DNA from: Candidatus Bruticola sp.
GTDB lineage: Bacteria; Vulcanimicrobiota; Xenobia; Xenobiales; Xenobiaceae
Reading direction: 5' to 3'
DNA length: 64,000 nucleotides
NCBI GenBank assembly: GCA_051874735.1
Contig: JBJEGD010000004.1
Coordinates: forward strand, 1-64,000
Both the position numbers and the translations under genes were made by a program. Positions 1 through 10,032 of the stretch are shown piece after piece. Positions within the stretch are counted from its first letter, which is position 1. Each line of letters starts with the position of its first letter. A model generated the notes under the pieces. It did not search any database, had not been told where the DNA came from, and saw nothing but the letters and a program-made list of their open reading frames with translations.

Positions 1-502
1 CAGTCTGATCCCATTTAACAGAAAAAACTCGTTCTTCATTAGGAAGAATAGTAAGAGTTTTTTGTTTGCCGAAATTTTTGTTGGCTTTTGAATAACGCCA
101 AATTTCAATGGGAACTCTTTCAAAAAATACGTTGACTTTTTGCTGAACAATGAAGTCTACTTTTGAATTTTTAGAAAAGTCTAAGGTTTTGGGCAGTCCG
201 GTAGTATTAGTGATGGACATGGTCAAATAAATTCCATCTTTATCGCGATCAGATATCTTCATAGTGTAGTAAAGACCATCGGAAGACTGATTGGCTTCAC
301 TTCCTACAGATGCTGAGCGTGATGTGATAGAATAGCGTATAAAGCCCATAAAAGCGAGGAACAAACAGGCTAAAACAACCATAATTAACTTGGCGTCAGC
401 CTTGCTGTCTTGAAGATGGCGGCTGCTTTTTCGTACTCTAGCGACCGGAGCTGTTTTTTTATCTAAAGTTTTTTCCTCGGCTTCCGTTTTTTGATCTGAC
501 AT
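1..502 (-). CDS. Membrane-anchored protein with BsuPI-like (proteinase-inhibitor, Ig-fold) domain; 3' end runs off the window
   Basis: Not in the ORF track; manually translated from ATG at 502 (RBS GGAGCGG upstream): MSDQKTEAEEK..., TM segment LIMVVLACLFLAFMGFI, then LTMSITNTTGLPKTLDFSKNSKVDFIV...EIWRYS...LTILPNEERVFSVKWDQT, a pattern typical of BsuPI domains. No stop before base 1. Confidence 0.65.
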   Translation of the reverse strand, partial: MSDQKTEAEEKTLDKKTAPVARVRKSSRHLQDSKADAKLIMVVLACLFLAFMGFIRYSITSRSASVGSEANQSSDGLYYTMKISDRDKDGIYLTMSITNTTGLPKTLDFSKNSKVDFIVQQKVNVFFERVPIEIWRYSKANKNFGKQKTLTILPNEERVFSVKWDQT

Positions 503-915
503 GATGTTAGTCACCGCTCCTATCGGTTTTAGTTACTCATTTTTTTTATTTATAGAACTCAAAATATGCCTGCAGCGGAAGATTGAGATAACATTTTCAC
601 AATCCACCACTTATCTAAGCCTAATTGGGCAATAATTTGAAACATTCCTTTAATTATTGTACAATTTATGAAGGGTACGTTGCTTTTAGAAGATTCTGTC
701 TGGGGTAAGGTGCTGTCTATAAGCTGCAGATAGAGCATATTTAATGCGAGTGTTTATTCGTTTGTATTAATTTTTGTTTTATTAAGATATTTTAAGAAAT
801 TTCAATAAGACTTTTACTCTTATATATAATAAAATTCAGTGCTGGAAATAACCAGCATACAATTTGGCAGGAAGCGATTATTTTTTTCGCCGATCCTGCA
901 AGGGAGAAAAAGCTC

Positions 916-1968
916 ATGAATCGCTTAGCCGGTATAATAATATTATTCTTCGCTTTAACTCTTCCCGTGTTTGCCGATTTAGACGGTATGGTTGTGAACG
1001 TTGCTCAAAGCGGTGAGATTACTGTCAATCGCGGTATAGCTGACAACGTCATTCCAGGAACTCGCTGGTGCATATACCGCAACGGGTCTCCTAAAGCCGA
1101 AGTGGAAGCAGTGTTAGTTGACAATTTCACAACGACAGTTCGAATCGTTTCCGGTAGTGGTGTCGCTGTGGGAGACAAAATCACCACTAAACCTTTTGCC
1201 TCAGCTCCTAAAGAAAATAAGCAAACAGCTGCTAAGAACATTGAGAGTAGCATACCCAAAAATCAGCTAGATCCTCGTTTCAAAACTACTCCCAGGGCTA
1301 AAGAAGAAACCGCTGAAAGTACTGAAAAAAATTATAAAAAAGCTTTAGCTGCTTCTACGAAAAAAGCTAGTTTTGTCGGCGGAGCAAGCAATTTGAGAAG
1401 GTCGTCCGTCAATCCGGCTCTAGTTTACAACGTTTTTAGTGGATATACTACATCGCATGGAGGCGGTATTATTTGGCAGAATGCTTTGAGCGTTTTGCCT
1501 AGTGAAGTTGGATACAACGTCAGCATGAAGAATATGAATAAAAACTGCTGTGTTGATATTGAGATAACTTGGTGGGGAGATAATCTTTTAGATTCTTACT
1601 CCGATATGGTCGCTTTCAGAGAAGGGCGTACCAGTATGGAGCAGCGTTTGGCCATGCGCAATGGACTTTACTCTCAGAAGGGAGCAGACAAGTTTATTGT
1701 TTTTCATGTCAAAATGAAAAATACTGGTAAAGTTAACGTTCAAATAGAGCCTTTCCATTGGCATGCTTTTGTCCTTGATAGCCAGGGAAATCGCCTTAAA
1801 CCTGAACGCTACGATCAAATTCTTGATAAGACTCTTACTCCTGGTCAGGAAACTGAGGGCAATGTTTACTTCTCTAAATTCGATTCTTCTGGCAATATCA
1901 TAGCCGACGGCAAAGTTACTTTAGTTTTAGAAGATATTCTTAGTGAAAGAGCCACTATGAAGTTCTGA
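916..1968 (+). CDS. Exported hypothetical protein (signal peptide; C-terminal DUF4352-like Ig-fold)
   Basis: Sec signal ending LPVFA; C-terminal FHVKMKNTGK...F.LDSQG...TLTPGQETEGNVYF pattern; RBS AGGGAG. Confidence 0.7.
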   Translation: MNRLAGIIILFFALTLPVFADLDGMVVNVAQSGEITVNRGIADNVIPGTRWCIYRNGSPKAEVEAVLVDNFTTTVRIVSGSGVAVGDKITTKPFASAPKENKQTAAKNIESSIPKNQLDPRFKTTPRAKEETAESTEKNYKKALAASTKKASFVGGASNLRRSSVNPALVYNVFSGYTTSHGGGIIWQNALSVLPSEVGYNVSMKNMNKNCCVDIEITWWGDNLLDSYSDMVAFREGRTSMEQRLAMRNGLYSQKGADKFIVFHVKMKNTGKVNVQIEPFHWHAFVLDSQGNRLKPERYDQILDKTLTPGQETEGNVYFSKFDSSGNIIADGKVTLVLEDILSERATMKF

Positions 1969-1983
1969 CAATAGGTTGTATCT

Positions 1984-2021
1984 AAACAGCTGCAGCTGCT
2001 GCTCAATGCGGCAGCTGTTTT
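1984..2021 (+). terminator. Putative intrinsic terminator
   Basis: AAACAGCTGC ... GCAGCTGTTTT inverted repeat just after the stop codon. Confidence 0.55.
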
Positions 2022-2200
2022 AGCTTTATGCAGATAAGACTGAGGCTGTTTACAGAGTTTATATATAACAGCGTATGAATTGCATTAGAATACAGTATGT
2101 TTCTGTTTTTTTAACTTGAACTAAACATTTTAAAAAGGTAAATTTATAAGTGGGGGTTCAAATTTTATCAAGATTATTACTACTGTGGGAGAACTGTATT

Positions 2201-2800
2201 ATGTCTTCTAAAGAGCATAAACACAATAATCGTGCTGCTGGACATGACGAAAAAGCGGAAATATCGGCTTCTGAAAGTGTTGCCGCTATTCAAGATGGTT
2301 GTGAAGATAATAAAAATAATGATACTTTGGAACAGAGCAGCCAAGAGCTTTTAGAAGCTAAAGATAAAGAGATTGTTCGTTTGCAGGAACAACTTAAGCG
2401 CGTCGCTGCTGATACAGAAAATTATCGAAAGCGTATGGAGGCTAACTTTGAACGACGCGTTGATAATGCTAAAGAGGATATCTTCCGTAAGCTGCTTCCT
2501 ATTGTTGACCATTTAGAAATGGCTATTGAGGCTTCCCATAAAGGAGGTACAGCAGAATCACTCTGTCAAGGTATAGAGCTGGTGTTAAAAGATGCTATTA
2601 AAGTCATGGAAAGTTACGAAGTAGTTCCTATTGAGGCCAAAGGCAAGATCTTTGATCCCGCTTGTCACGAAGCTGTCATGATGGAAGAATCAGATGAACT
2701 TCCCGATGAAACCGTTTCTAATGAGTTTAAAAAAGGATACAAGATTGGGGATAGAGTTCTGCGTCCCAGCATGGTTTGTGTAGCCCGCAGTACTAAGTAA
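2201..2800 (+). CDS. grpE: Nucleotide exchange factor GrpE
   Basis: ADTENYRKR, LLPIVDHLEMA, FDPACHEA, KGYKIGDRVLRPSMV motifs; ATG 2201 after GGGAGA preferred over GTG 2150. Confidence 0.95.
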   Translation: MSSKEHKHNNRAAGHDEKAEISASESVAAIQDGCEDNKNNDTLEQSSQELLEAKDKEIVRLQEQLKRVAADTENYRKRMEANFERRVDNAKEDIFRKLLPIVDHLEMAIEASHKGGTAESLCQGIELVLKDAIKVMESYEVVPIEAKGKIFDPACHEAVMMEESDELPDETVSNEFKKGYKIGDRVLRPSMVCVARSTK

Positions 2801-2864
2801 GGAAAAAATTCGCGGGTAAGCGGATTAATTCTTAACTTGCTTAGCATATTAAGGGGTAAAAGCT

Positions 2865-3917
2865 ATGGATTATAAAGATTATTATAAAATATTAGGCGTA
2901 GATCGTTCTGCTAGTCAAAAAGATATAAAATCAGCTTACCGTAAGCTTACCAAAAAATATCATCCCGATTTGAATCACGGAGATAAAGAAGCTGAAATTA
3001 AATACCGTGATGTCAATGAAGCCTACGAGGTGCTGAGTGATTCGGATAAACGTTCAAAATACGATCAATTCGGCGCTCAGTGGAAGTATGTTAAAGACGG
3101 CAAGACCCCTCCTTACGGTGCTGGTGGTTACAAGCAGCAGGGCGGCTTCGATTTCAACGATATTTTTTCACAATTTTCTCAAGGGAATCAGGGAGGAGGA
3201 GCCCATTTCAGGTCTTCATTCGGAGGATCGGGATATTCGCCATTTTTCGATATGCTTTTCGGAAATATGTCCGGAAGCGGTCGCCAAGGGGGCTTTAGCG
3301 GTTTTAGCGGGAGCGGGAGACGCAATGGCTACGCTGCAAGCAAGCCCTTAGAATCTGAGCTCACGATTAATTTAGCTGAAGCTTATAGCGGTACTACTAA
3401 ATCTATTACTATATCAAAACCAGACGTCTGTGCTTCATGTTCTGGAACGGGGACTTTTGGTAATTCCTCCTGCAGTATGTGCGGAGGAACTGGCAAAGTC
3501 AATTCAGCACATACTCTCGACGTTAAAGTGCCGGCTGGGGTAACCGAAGGTTCCAAAGTCAGAGTTCGCGGTGAAAATAGCGGTGGGGTTTGCGGCGATA
3601 TTTTATTTAAAATTAAGATAGCTCCTGACAATATCTATAAAATTGAAGGACGCGATTTGCGCTGTGATATTTGGGTTACGCTCAGAGAAGCTTTCTTAGG
3701 AGGAAGTGCCGAGATAATTCTTCCTAACGGCAAAACGGTTTCTATAAATATTAAGCCCGGTACTCCCAACGGCAAAACTTTCCGTCTTTCCGGTTTGGGA
3801 CTGCCTAACCCCAAAGGAGAAGCGGGAAATATTTTGGCTAGACTTTTAGTCAGATTGCCTGAGAAACTTAATTCAGAGCAGCTCAAAGGGTTAGATCTGC
3901 TCTGTCCGGCTAGTTAA
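2865..3917 (+). CDS. dnaJ: DnaJ-family co-chaperone (CbpA/DnaJ type, reduced Zn finger)
   Basis: J domain KDYYKILGV...HPD, G/F-rich linker, only two CxxCxGxG motifs, DnaJ_C domain. Confidence 0.9.
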   Translation: MDYKDYYKILGVDRSASQKDIKSAYRKLTKKYHPDLNHGDKEAEIKYRDVNEAYEVLSDSDKRSKYDQFGAQWKYVKDGKTPPYGAGGYKQQGGFDFNDIFSQFSQGNQGGGAHFRSSFGGSGYSPFFDMLFGNMSGSGRQGGFSGFSGSGRRNGYAASKPLESELTINLAEAYSGTTKSITISKPDVCASCSGTGTFGNSSCSMCGGTGKVNSAHTLDVKVPAGVTEGSKVRVRGENSGGVCGDILFKIKIAPDNIYKIEGRDLRCDIWVTLREAFLGGSAEIILPNGKTVSINIKPGTPNGKTFRLSGLGLPNPKGEAGNILARLLVRLPEKLNSEQLKGLDLLCPAS

Positions 3918-3949
3918 CTTAAGATCATCACACATCTTAATTAATTCAT

Positions 3950-3996
3950 AAAGCGGTCTTTGTTCGGCCTTTCTAGGTTGACAGAGATCGTTTTTT
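3950..3996 (+). terminator. Putative intrinsic terminator
   Basis: AAAGCGGTCTTTGT ... ACAGAGATCGTTTTTT imperfect stem with U-tract. Confidence 0.5.
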
Positions 3997-4284
3997 ATAT
4001 CTTTCATGTACCGATTATTGAAACTGCAAGTCAAAAAAATAAGCAGGGAGAAGGCGTCTGTTCGTGAAACGATTAAGTATACGCAGTTGGGTGGATGTGC
4101 CGATCGTAGTAATTCTATTTTCTAAAGGAAAAACGCCTGGGCATATCTATCTTAGCGTCAGTTGTCAAAGTGCCCTTTGCAATAAAAAGAGTTCGCTTAA
4201 TGTAGCTTACTAAAGTATTTGCAGCTTAAATTTTGCTTTTTTCAGTTTACGCTGAAAAGGGTAGAGGCAGTTAAAGAGCAGCAT

Positions 4285-5064
4285 ATGGTATCATTTTTTG
4301 AATATATTGGCAGCATGGTTTTAGAAGTCCTCAATTATTTAGGATCTCTTTTTATGCTGCTAATAGAGTGCTTGTTAAGCATAGCTAAAGGAACTATTCG
4401 GTTCGGATTAGCCGTTCAGCAAATGGCTTTCTTGGGAGTCGATTCTTTAGTTATAGTTGTTTTAACGACTACCTCTGCAGGTATGGTTATAGCTCTACAG
4501 CTGGCTCATATTGCTGTACAATACGGCGTTGTCAGTGTTGTGGGTGGGGGAGTAGCTATCGCTATGGCTAGAGAGTTGGCTCCCATGCTTACAGCAGTTG
4601 TTGTAGCTGGCCGAGCTGGTTCGGCTATTACTGCTGAGATCGGCACTATGAAAGTTACAGAACAGATTTCAGCCTTGAAGTGTATGGCTGTCAGTCCGAT
4701 ACGCTATTTAGTTGTACCTAGGCTAGTAGCTTTAGTAACCATGATGCCTGTTTTGGCACTTTTTTCCCTTACTTTCGGAACTTTAGGCGGTGCAGTAATC
4801 GCCTATCAGTCGGCAGATATTCCTTATGAAATCTTTTGGGATTCAATTCAACGTTTGATGGTGCTTTCCGATGTAAGCTACGGATTGCTCAAAAGTATAG
4901 TCTTTGGATTTGAAATTGCTCTTATAGCCTGTTATCAGGGGCTTAATACTGGTCGCGGAGCTGCCGGCGTTGGAATTTCAACCACTTCGAGTGTTGTTTA
5001 CGCTACCATATTTATTTTTATAAGTAATTACCTAATGTCTCTCTGGCTTTTCCCAGTCAATTAG
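4285..5064 (+). CDS. mlaE: MlaE-family lipid ABC transporter permease
   Basis: RELAPMLTAVVVAGRAGSAITAEIGTMKVTEQISAL...P.RYLVVPR signature; ATG 4285 chosen as start. Confidence 0.95.
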   Translation: MVSFFEYIGSMVLEVLNYLGSLFMLLIECLLSIAKGTIRFGLAVQQMAFLGVDSLVIVVLTTTSAGMVIALQLAHIAVQYGVVSVVGGGVAIAMARELAPMLTAVVVAGRAGSAITAEIGTMKVTEQISALKCMAVSPIRYLVVPRLVALVTMMPVLALFSLTFGTLGGAVIAYQSADIPYEIFWDSIQRLMVLSDVSYGLLKSIVFGFEIALIACYQGLNTGRGAAGVGISTTSSVVYATIFIFISNYLMSLWLFPVN

Positions 5065-5093
5065 CGGTTGGCTTATTTAGAAAGATTTGTAGT

Positions 5094-5942
5094 ATGATCG
5101 ATTTGTCAAAACAAGAAGGCGAACGAGCAGAAAATACCGACGCTGAACCTATGGACAACTGCATTATGGGGCCGCGCCGTCCAATGTCAGATCCTGCTAT
5201 TTCTGTGCGCAATGTCTCTGTCTCTTTCGAAGGCCGAGTTATACTGAATAATGTTAGCTTTGATGTTCCCAGAGGGCATACATTGGCTATCATGGGACTT
5301 TCAGGAGTCGGTAAAAGTACTACTCTGCGTTGTCTAGTAGGTCTGCAGAAGCCGGATAAGGGAGAAATTTTTATAGATGGTCTCAACGTTTTAAAGTTGG
5401 CGCCTAAAGAATTTGATGAATTGCGTAAGCGTATAGGTATGGTTTTTCAAATGCCTGCTCTATTCGATTCGCTAACTATTGGAGAAAATGTAGCTTTTGG
5501 CTTGAGGGAGCACACTAAACTTCCTGAACATGAAATTCAGCGGGTTGTTGCTGAAAAGCTGGCCATAGTTGATTTGCCAGGTATGGCTCATCTGTACCCT
5601 AACCAACTTTCTGGAGGTATGCAGAAAAGAGCTAGTTTGGCTCGCACGATAGCTACTGATCCCGACGTTATCTTATATGATGAGCCTACTACTGGCCTAG
5701 ATCCGATTTTATCTATGGTTATTAATGAGCTTATCTGCGATCTGCAGAAACGTCTTAAAGCGACTTCTGTGGTAGTGACCCACGATATTCGCGGGGCGCT
5801 TATGGTCGCTCACCAAATAGCCATGCTCAATAAGGGTGAATTCATTTGGATGGGTACTCCTGAGGAATTCAAGAGTTCTAAAGATCCGTTTGTTGTGCAA
5901 TTCCGCGAAGGGCAAGTGAAAGGTCCCATAAGGGTGCAATAA
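5094..5942 (+). CDS. mlaF: MlaF/Mkl-family ABC ATPase
   Basis: Walker A GLSGVGKS, LSGGMQKR signature, ILYDEPTTGLDP, VVTHD; true start may be downstream. Confidence 0.95.
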   Translation: MIDLSKQEGERAENTDAEPMDNCIMGPRRPMSDPAISVRNVSVSFEGRVILNNVSFDVPRGHTLAIMGLSGVGKSTTLRCLVGLQKPDKGEIFIDGLNVLKLAPKEFDELRKRIGMVFQMPALFDSLTIGENVAFGLREHTKLPEHEIQRVVAEKLAIVDLPGMAHLYPNQLSGGMQKRASLARTIATDPDVILYDEPTTGLDPILSMVINELICDLQKRLKATSVVVTHDIRGALMVAHQIAMLNKGEFIWMGTPEEFKSSKDPFVVQFREGQVKGPIRVQ

Positions 5943-5988
5943 AAGAAGATGAGACTGTTTTGGCTAGTCAGAGCAATGGAGGGTGAAA

Positions 5989-7464
5989 ATGGGGCTTAGT
6001 CCTGCCGCAAAAGTAGGCATGATAACGATGACGGCCTTTATTCTGTTGGCTCTCGTTTTTCTGCAGATTGGAAAGATAGGGCCTGACGCCGGTGAGAAAT
6101 ACCATATTATTTTTGAAGACGTTCAGGGGCTGCAGGTTCGTTCTTCTGTTCGTCTTTCCGGTGTGCGTATTGGTTACGTCTCCGATATTGAACTTAACTC
6201 TCAAAATCGTGTCGATGTTACTGTTGTAGTCACTCGCGATGAGGTTAAGCTGTTTAGTTCCGATTATTTTGTTTACACCATTGCTTCCAATATTTTAGGT
6301 GATAAATGGCTGGATATTAAGCCTGGATCGGTTCCTGAAGGAATAGAACCTATAGGCACCGATGAAGTAGTTGTGGGAACTACCCCTATATCTCTAGATC
6401 AGTTGGCTCAGGAAGGCAGTCAGCTTATGGAAGAGCTGCGCGGGTCGATTGCGGCGTTAAATGAGATCGTTGGCGATGAAACGTTTAAAAAAGATGTAAA
6501 AGTAACTGTCAACAATATTAGAGATATTTCTTCCAATCTCAAAGACGCCAGCGGTGACGCCCGTCAACTTATGGGTGAGCTGCGTGTGCGCATGGCCAAT
6601 ATCGCCGGCACTATGGAAAATGTAGTTGACAATGCTTCTGCAGCTGTAGCTCAGCTGCGCATCGACGCTGCTGAAATAGGTAACAATGTTAAGCATACGA
6701 CTGTTGCAGTCAATAATTTGGTTCAGGATAACACTGACAACCTGAATACTATAGTTATGAACTTGCGCCAAATGTCTTCCAGTCTAAAAAATACAGCCTC
6801 AGCTTTAGAGAGTGTGGCTGATGATCCTCAAATGCGCAACGATATTATGGCTATTGCCGCCAATATACGCAAAGTCAGTGAGGAAGTTGCCGGTATAGCT
6901 GGAGACATTCGCACAGTGACCGGTGATCCTCAGGTCCAGGAAGATTTACGCGAAACAGTCCATAATGTCAGAGAAGCCACCGGATCTGTTAAACGTGTTA
7001 CCCAGAAAGTTGAAGGTATTACCGGCAATTTCCCCGGTAGTTTAACTAAAGGAGAACGTCCTCTGTTGCAGGCCAACGCTTCTGAAGAACTCAATATGGG
7101 TAATGGTAAGTTGTCTACCAATGCCGATGTTTGGCTCTATCCTTATGGTGGCCCGTTAACTTTGCGTTTCGGTTTAGATTCTATAGGCAATGAGAATCTA
7201 CTCAATTTGCAGGCTGGAAAAGCTTGGGATAGTTGGCGTCTGCGCGGCGGTATCGTCCGCTCTAAAATCGGAGTAGGCGCCGATGCTTGGTTGTTTGACA
7301 AACGTTTGGAAACATCTCTGGATGTTTACGATCCTCGCGACATTAAGATCGATGTGCTAGGGAAAGTTCTTTTACCTTCAGACTGGTATATTTATGGCGG
7401 TGTCCGCGATGTAACTGACAAGCACAACAGCGCTCCTGTAATAGGAGCGGGCAAGCGCTTCTAA
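5989..7464 (+). CDS. mlaD: MlaD/MCE protein with long helical domain and C-terminal beta-rich domain
   Basis: N-terminal TM, MCE motif GLQVRSSVRLSGVRIGYV, long heptad region, amphipathic beta C-terminus ending in Phe; follows mlaE/mlaF. Confidence 0.9.
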   Translation: MGLSPAAKVGMITMTAFILLALVFLQIGKIGPDAGEKYHIIFEDVQGLQVRSSVRLSGVRIGYVSDIELNSQNRVDVTVVVTRDEVKLFSSDYFVYTIASNILGDKWLDIKPGSVPEGIEPIGTDEVVVGTTPISLDQLAQEGSQLMEELRGSIAALNEIVGDETFKKDVKVTVNNIRDISSNLKDASGDARQLMGELRVRMANIAGTMENVVDNASAAVAQLRIDAAEIGNNVKHTTVAVNNLVQDNTDNLNTIVMNLRQMSSSLKNTASALESVADDPQMRNDIMAIAANIRKVSEEVAGIAGDIRTVTGDPQVQEDLRETVHNVREATGSVKRVTQKVEGITGNFPGSLTKGERPLLQANASEELNMGNGKLSTNADVWLYPYGGPLTLRFGLDSIGNENLLNLQAGKAWDSWRLRGGIVRSKIGVGADAWLFDKRLETSLDVYDPRDIKIDVLGKVLLPSDWYIYGGVRDVTDKHNSAPVIGAGKRF

Positions 7465-7487
7465 TCTGTTATTAAGTTCTATATCTT

Positions 7488-7537
7488 AAAAACTTTCCGT
7501 TTTTCTTTAATTTGATTTAGAGTGGCGGAAAGTTTTT
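7488..7537 (+). terminator. Putative intrinsic terminator of mlaEFD
   Basis: AAAAACTTTCCG ... CGGAAAGTTTTT inverted repeat. Confidence 0.65.
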
Positions 7538-7680
7538 ATTTGTATTTAGCGAATTTCCCAACGTTGTAATCGAACAAACTTTTATTGTATATTTAAAGTG
7601 GTTCGCTTTATCATTTTTTTCTAAATATAAAAGTTAGGCGCGCAGGCGTAAATAACAAAGGGCGGTTATTATCTAAAACA

Positions 7681-8874
7681 ATGCATGCAGGTGATTTTAC
7701 TTTAGAACCCGGCTCCTTACTGGACAATCGCTTCTATGTGGTAAGACCAATAAAAGCTGGTGGCATGGGAGCAGTCTATGAAGTAAAGGATCGTATGGTG
7801 AACGATCGACTTTGTGCTCTTAAGCAAATGCTCGATTCTTCTGCCCGATCTTCTGAGCGTCAAGCGGCTATCGATCGCTTTCTATCCGAAGTACAGGTAA
7901 TGCAGGCGCTTAATCATCCTGGTATTCCTAAGATATACAGTTCTTTTGTATGTGATAATTCTTTTTTCTTTGCTATGGAATATATTGAAGGCAAAGATTT
8001 GGCTACTGTTTTGAAAGAAGAGGGTCATCCAGGTCTGCCTGTACAGTCCGTTGTTGGTTGGGCCTTACAGACGCTCGACGCTTTAAAATATTTACATAGT
8101 CGCAATCCGGCCATTACTCACCGTGATATAAAGCCTTCTAATCTTTTGGTGCGCAAACGGGATCAACGTCTGATGCTGATTGATTTTGGCATTTCCCGAG
8201 TGACTAATCCTGCAGATGGATACTGGATTGGAACTCCCGGCTATGCTCCGGCTGAGCAGCAGCAGGGGCAGCCGGAGCCCAGCAGTGATCTTTATGCTTT
8301 AGGCGCCACCATGCATGAACTATTGACTGGTCGTAAACCTAAAGATTGGGATTTCCCCTCTTTTGAAGAATGTGGAGTTGAAGTGCCTGAGGCTCTTCAG
8401 CAAGTTATCTGTAATTCTCTGGGTACTTGGCCTGAAGATCGCTACGCTACGGCGGAAGATATGTACAAAGATTTAAAGAACCTTCCAGGGGTTTTTGTAG
8501 ATCTACCTAAGGCTGGGCAAGCTGAATTATTCGAAAACTCTGTAGTTAAGCTGCGTGACCGGCTTTACTATTTATTAAATGACCTTATTCAGAAATATTC
8601 TAATGAATGTCATACTTCATATCTGCCTCAAAATTTAGACTTTTTCGAGTTTACTTTAGCCTGTTCAACTCCTTTCACTCTCAGAGTTGTTAAAAATATT
8701 GACGAGCTATGTGTACAGTTTTATGAGAAGCAAGGAATTCTTTCACCTAGTCTTTTAGACAGTGTCAATCCTCTTAAGCCTGGCTGGGAACAGAAGATTG
8801 ACGCTTTGGTGAAGCGCTTTGTGAAGGACTATGAGGATAGCAAAGGGGGAGGATGGGGCATAAGTCTCATTTAA
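7681..8874 (+). CDS. Hanks-type Ser/Thr protein kinase (soluble)
   Basis: GGMGAVY, ALKQM, HRDIKPSN, DFG, GTPGYAPAEQ, DLYALG; no TM or PASTA domain seen. Confidence 0.95.
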   Translation: MHAGDFTLEPGSLLDNRFYVVRPIKAGGMGAVYEVKDRMVNDRLCALKQMLDSSARSSERQAAIDRFLSEVQVMQALNHPGIPKIYSSFVCDNSFFFAMEYIEGKDLATVLKEEGHPGLPVQSVVGWALQTLDALKYLHSRNPAITHRDIKPSNLLVRKRDQRLMLIDFGISRVTNPADGYWIGTPGYAPAEQQQGQPEPSSDLYALGATMHELLTGRKPKDWDFPSFEECGVEVPEALQQVICNSLGTWPEDRYATAEDMYKDLKNLPGVFVDLPKAGQAELFENSVVKLRDRLYYLLNDLIQKYSNECHTSYLPQNLDFFEFTLACSTPFTLRVVKNIDELCVQFYEKQGILSPSLLDSVNPLKPGWEQKIDALVKRFVKDYEDSKGGGWGISLI

Positions 8875-9043
8875 TGTAAGCAGTTTGAACGACTAAAATT
8901 TAGGAAACGGCGCCTGCAGAGAAACTGCTTCACACGCTGATTATTTTATGATGTGCGATAGGCGGAAGAAAAAATTCGTCGTATATGCGCAGAATAGTTA
9001 TTTTAGACTTGTAGACTTTATGTCCAAATTAGGAGCCTGAAAA

Positions 9044-10027
9044 ATGTCCGTCCGTGCACAGTTGGCTGTATTTCTGCTGGGGTTTCTTTATACTCTGCTT
9101 TTAGTGCCTCTTGTAAAGCGCTTGGCTGTTTGCTGCGGCGCCCTAGATAAGCCCAATGCTCGCAAAGTCCACCATGAGCCTATTCCTCTTTGGGGAGGTT
9201 TGGGAGTGGCTGGCGGTTATTTTTTAGCTATAATCAGCGTTATTTGCGTATCTTCGTCTTTTAGGTATGCTGTAACCCCAATCATGGTCTCCCAGCTCAC
9301 AGGTATGACTTTGGGAGGATTAATAATTTTGGCCGTAGGTATGATCGACGATCGCTACGGTATGCCTGCCAAAGTTAAACTTGCTTTACAGCTGGTTACC
9401 GGTTTGGTCATGTTCTATTTCGATATAAGAATCGATTATATTACTGTGCCGGGGTTAGGGGTTATTTTTTTAAGTACTTGGCAGAGTATTTTAGTCACTT
9501 TATTTTGGATTGCAGGCATTACCAATGCTTTAAATTTAATTGACGGTCTAGACGGCCTGTTAGCAGGAGTCTCTCTTACGGTTGCTTCAGTATTTTTTGC
9601 AGTAAGTCTTCTCAAAGGTCAATTTGTTATCGCTTTGGTTATGGCTTGTCTAGCCGGATGTTCTTTGGGCTTTCTGCGCTATAATTTTAATCCTGCCCAA
9701 ATTTTTATGGGAGATACGGGAAGCTTATTTTTTGGTCTCATGTTTGCCGGCTGGTCTATCATAGGCTTGTTGAAAAGTACGGCTACGTTCGCTTTCTTGT
9801 TGCCTATATTTTTAATGGCTGTTCCCATTTTTGATACCGCTTTTGCTATATTGCGCCGCTTGCTCAGTCACAAACCGATATTCCAAGCGGACAAAGGCCA
9901 TCTGCACCACCGTTTACTGAGCTTAGGCTTGAGCCAGCGTCAAGTAGTACTGATTATTTATGCTATTAATACCGTTTTTGGACTTTGCGGTTTGGCTATT
10001 TTCTATTGGACTTGCAGAGGAGAATAA
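9044..10027 (+). CDS. wecA: Undecaprenyl-phosphate GlcNAc-1-phosphate transferase (WecA/TagO, MraY-like family)
   Basis: Multi-TM; DKPNARKVH, GMIDD, NALNLIDGLDGL, FMGDTGS, HLHH motifs. Confidence 0.92.
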   Translation: MSVRAQLAVFLLGFLYTLLLVPLVKRLAVCCGALDKPNARKVHHEPIPLWGGLGVAGGYFLAIISVICVSSSFRYAVTPIMVSQLTGMTLGGLIILAVGMIDDRYGMPAKVKLALQLVTGLVMFYFDIRIDYITVPGLGVIFLSTWQSILVTLFWIAGITNALNLIDGLDGLLAGVSLTVASVFFAVSLLKGQFVIALVMACLAGCSLGFLRYNFNPAQIFMGDTGSLFFGLMFAGWSIIGLLKSTATFAFLLPIFLMAVPIFDTAFAILRRLLSHKPIFQADKGHLHHRLLSLGLSQRQVVLIIYAINTVFGLCGLAIFYWTCRGE

Positions 10028-10032
10028 TTAAA

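Noticed and set aside
1969-2200. CIRCE/HAIR heat-shock operator upstream of grpE
   Set aside because: No TTAGCACTC-N9-GAGTGCTAA or CTTGAGT-N7-ACTCAAG match found
3997-4284. Possible ncRNA or riboswitch in the long dnaJ-mlaE spacer
   Set aside because: No recognisable family motif or convincing stem by eye; an Rfam scan would be needed
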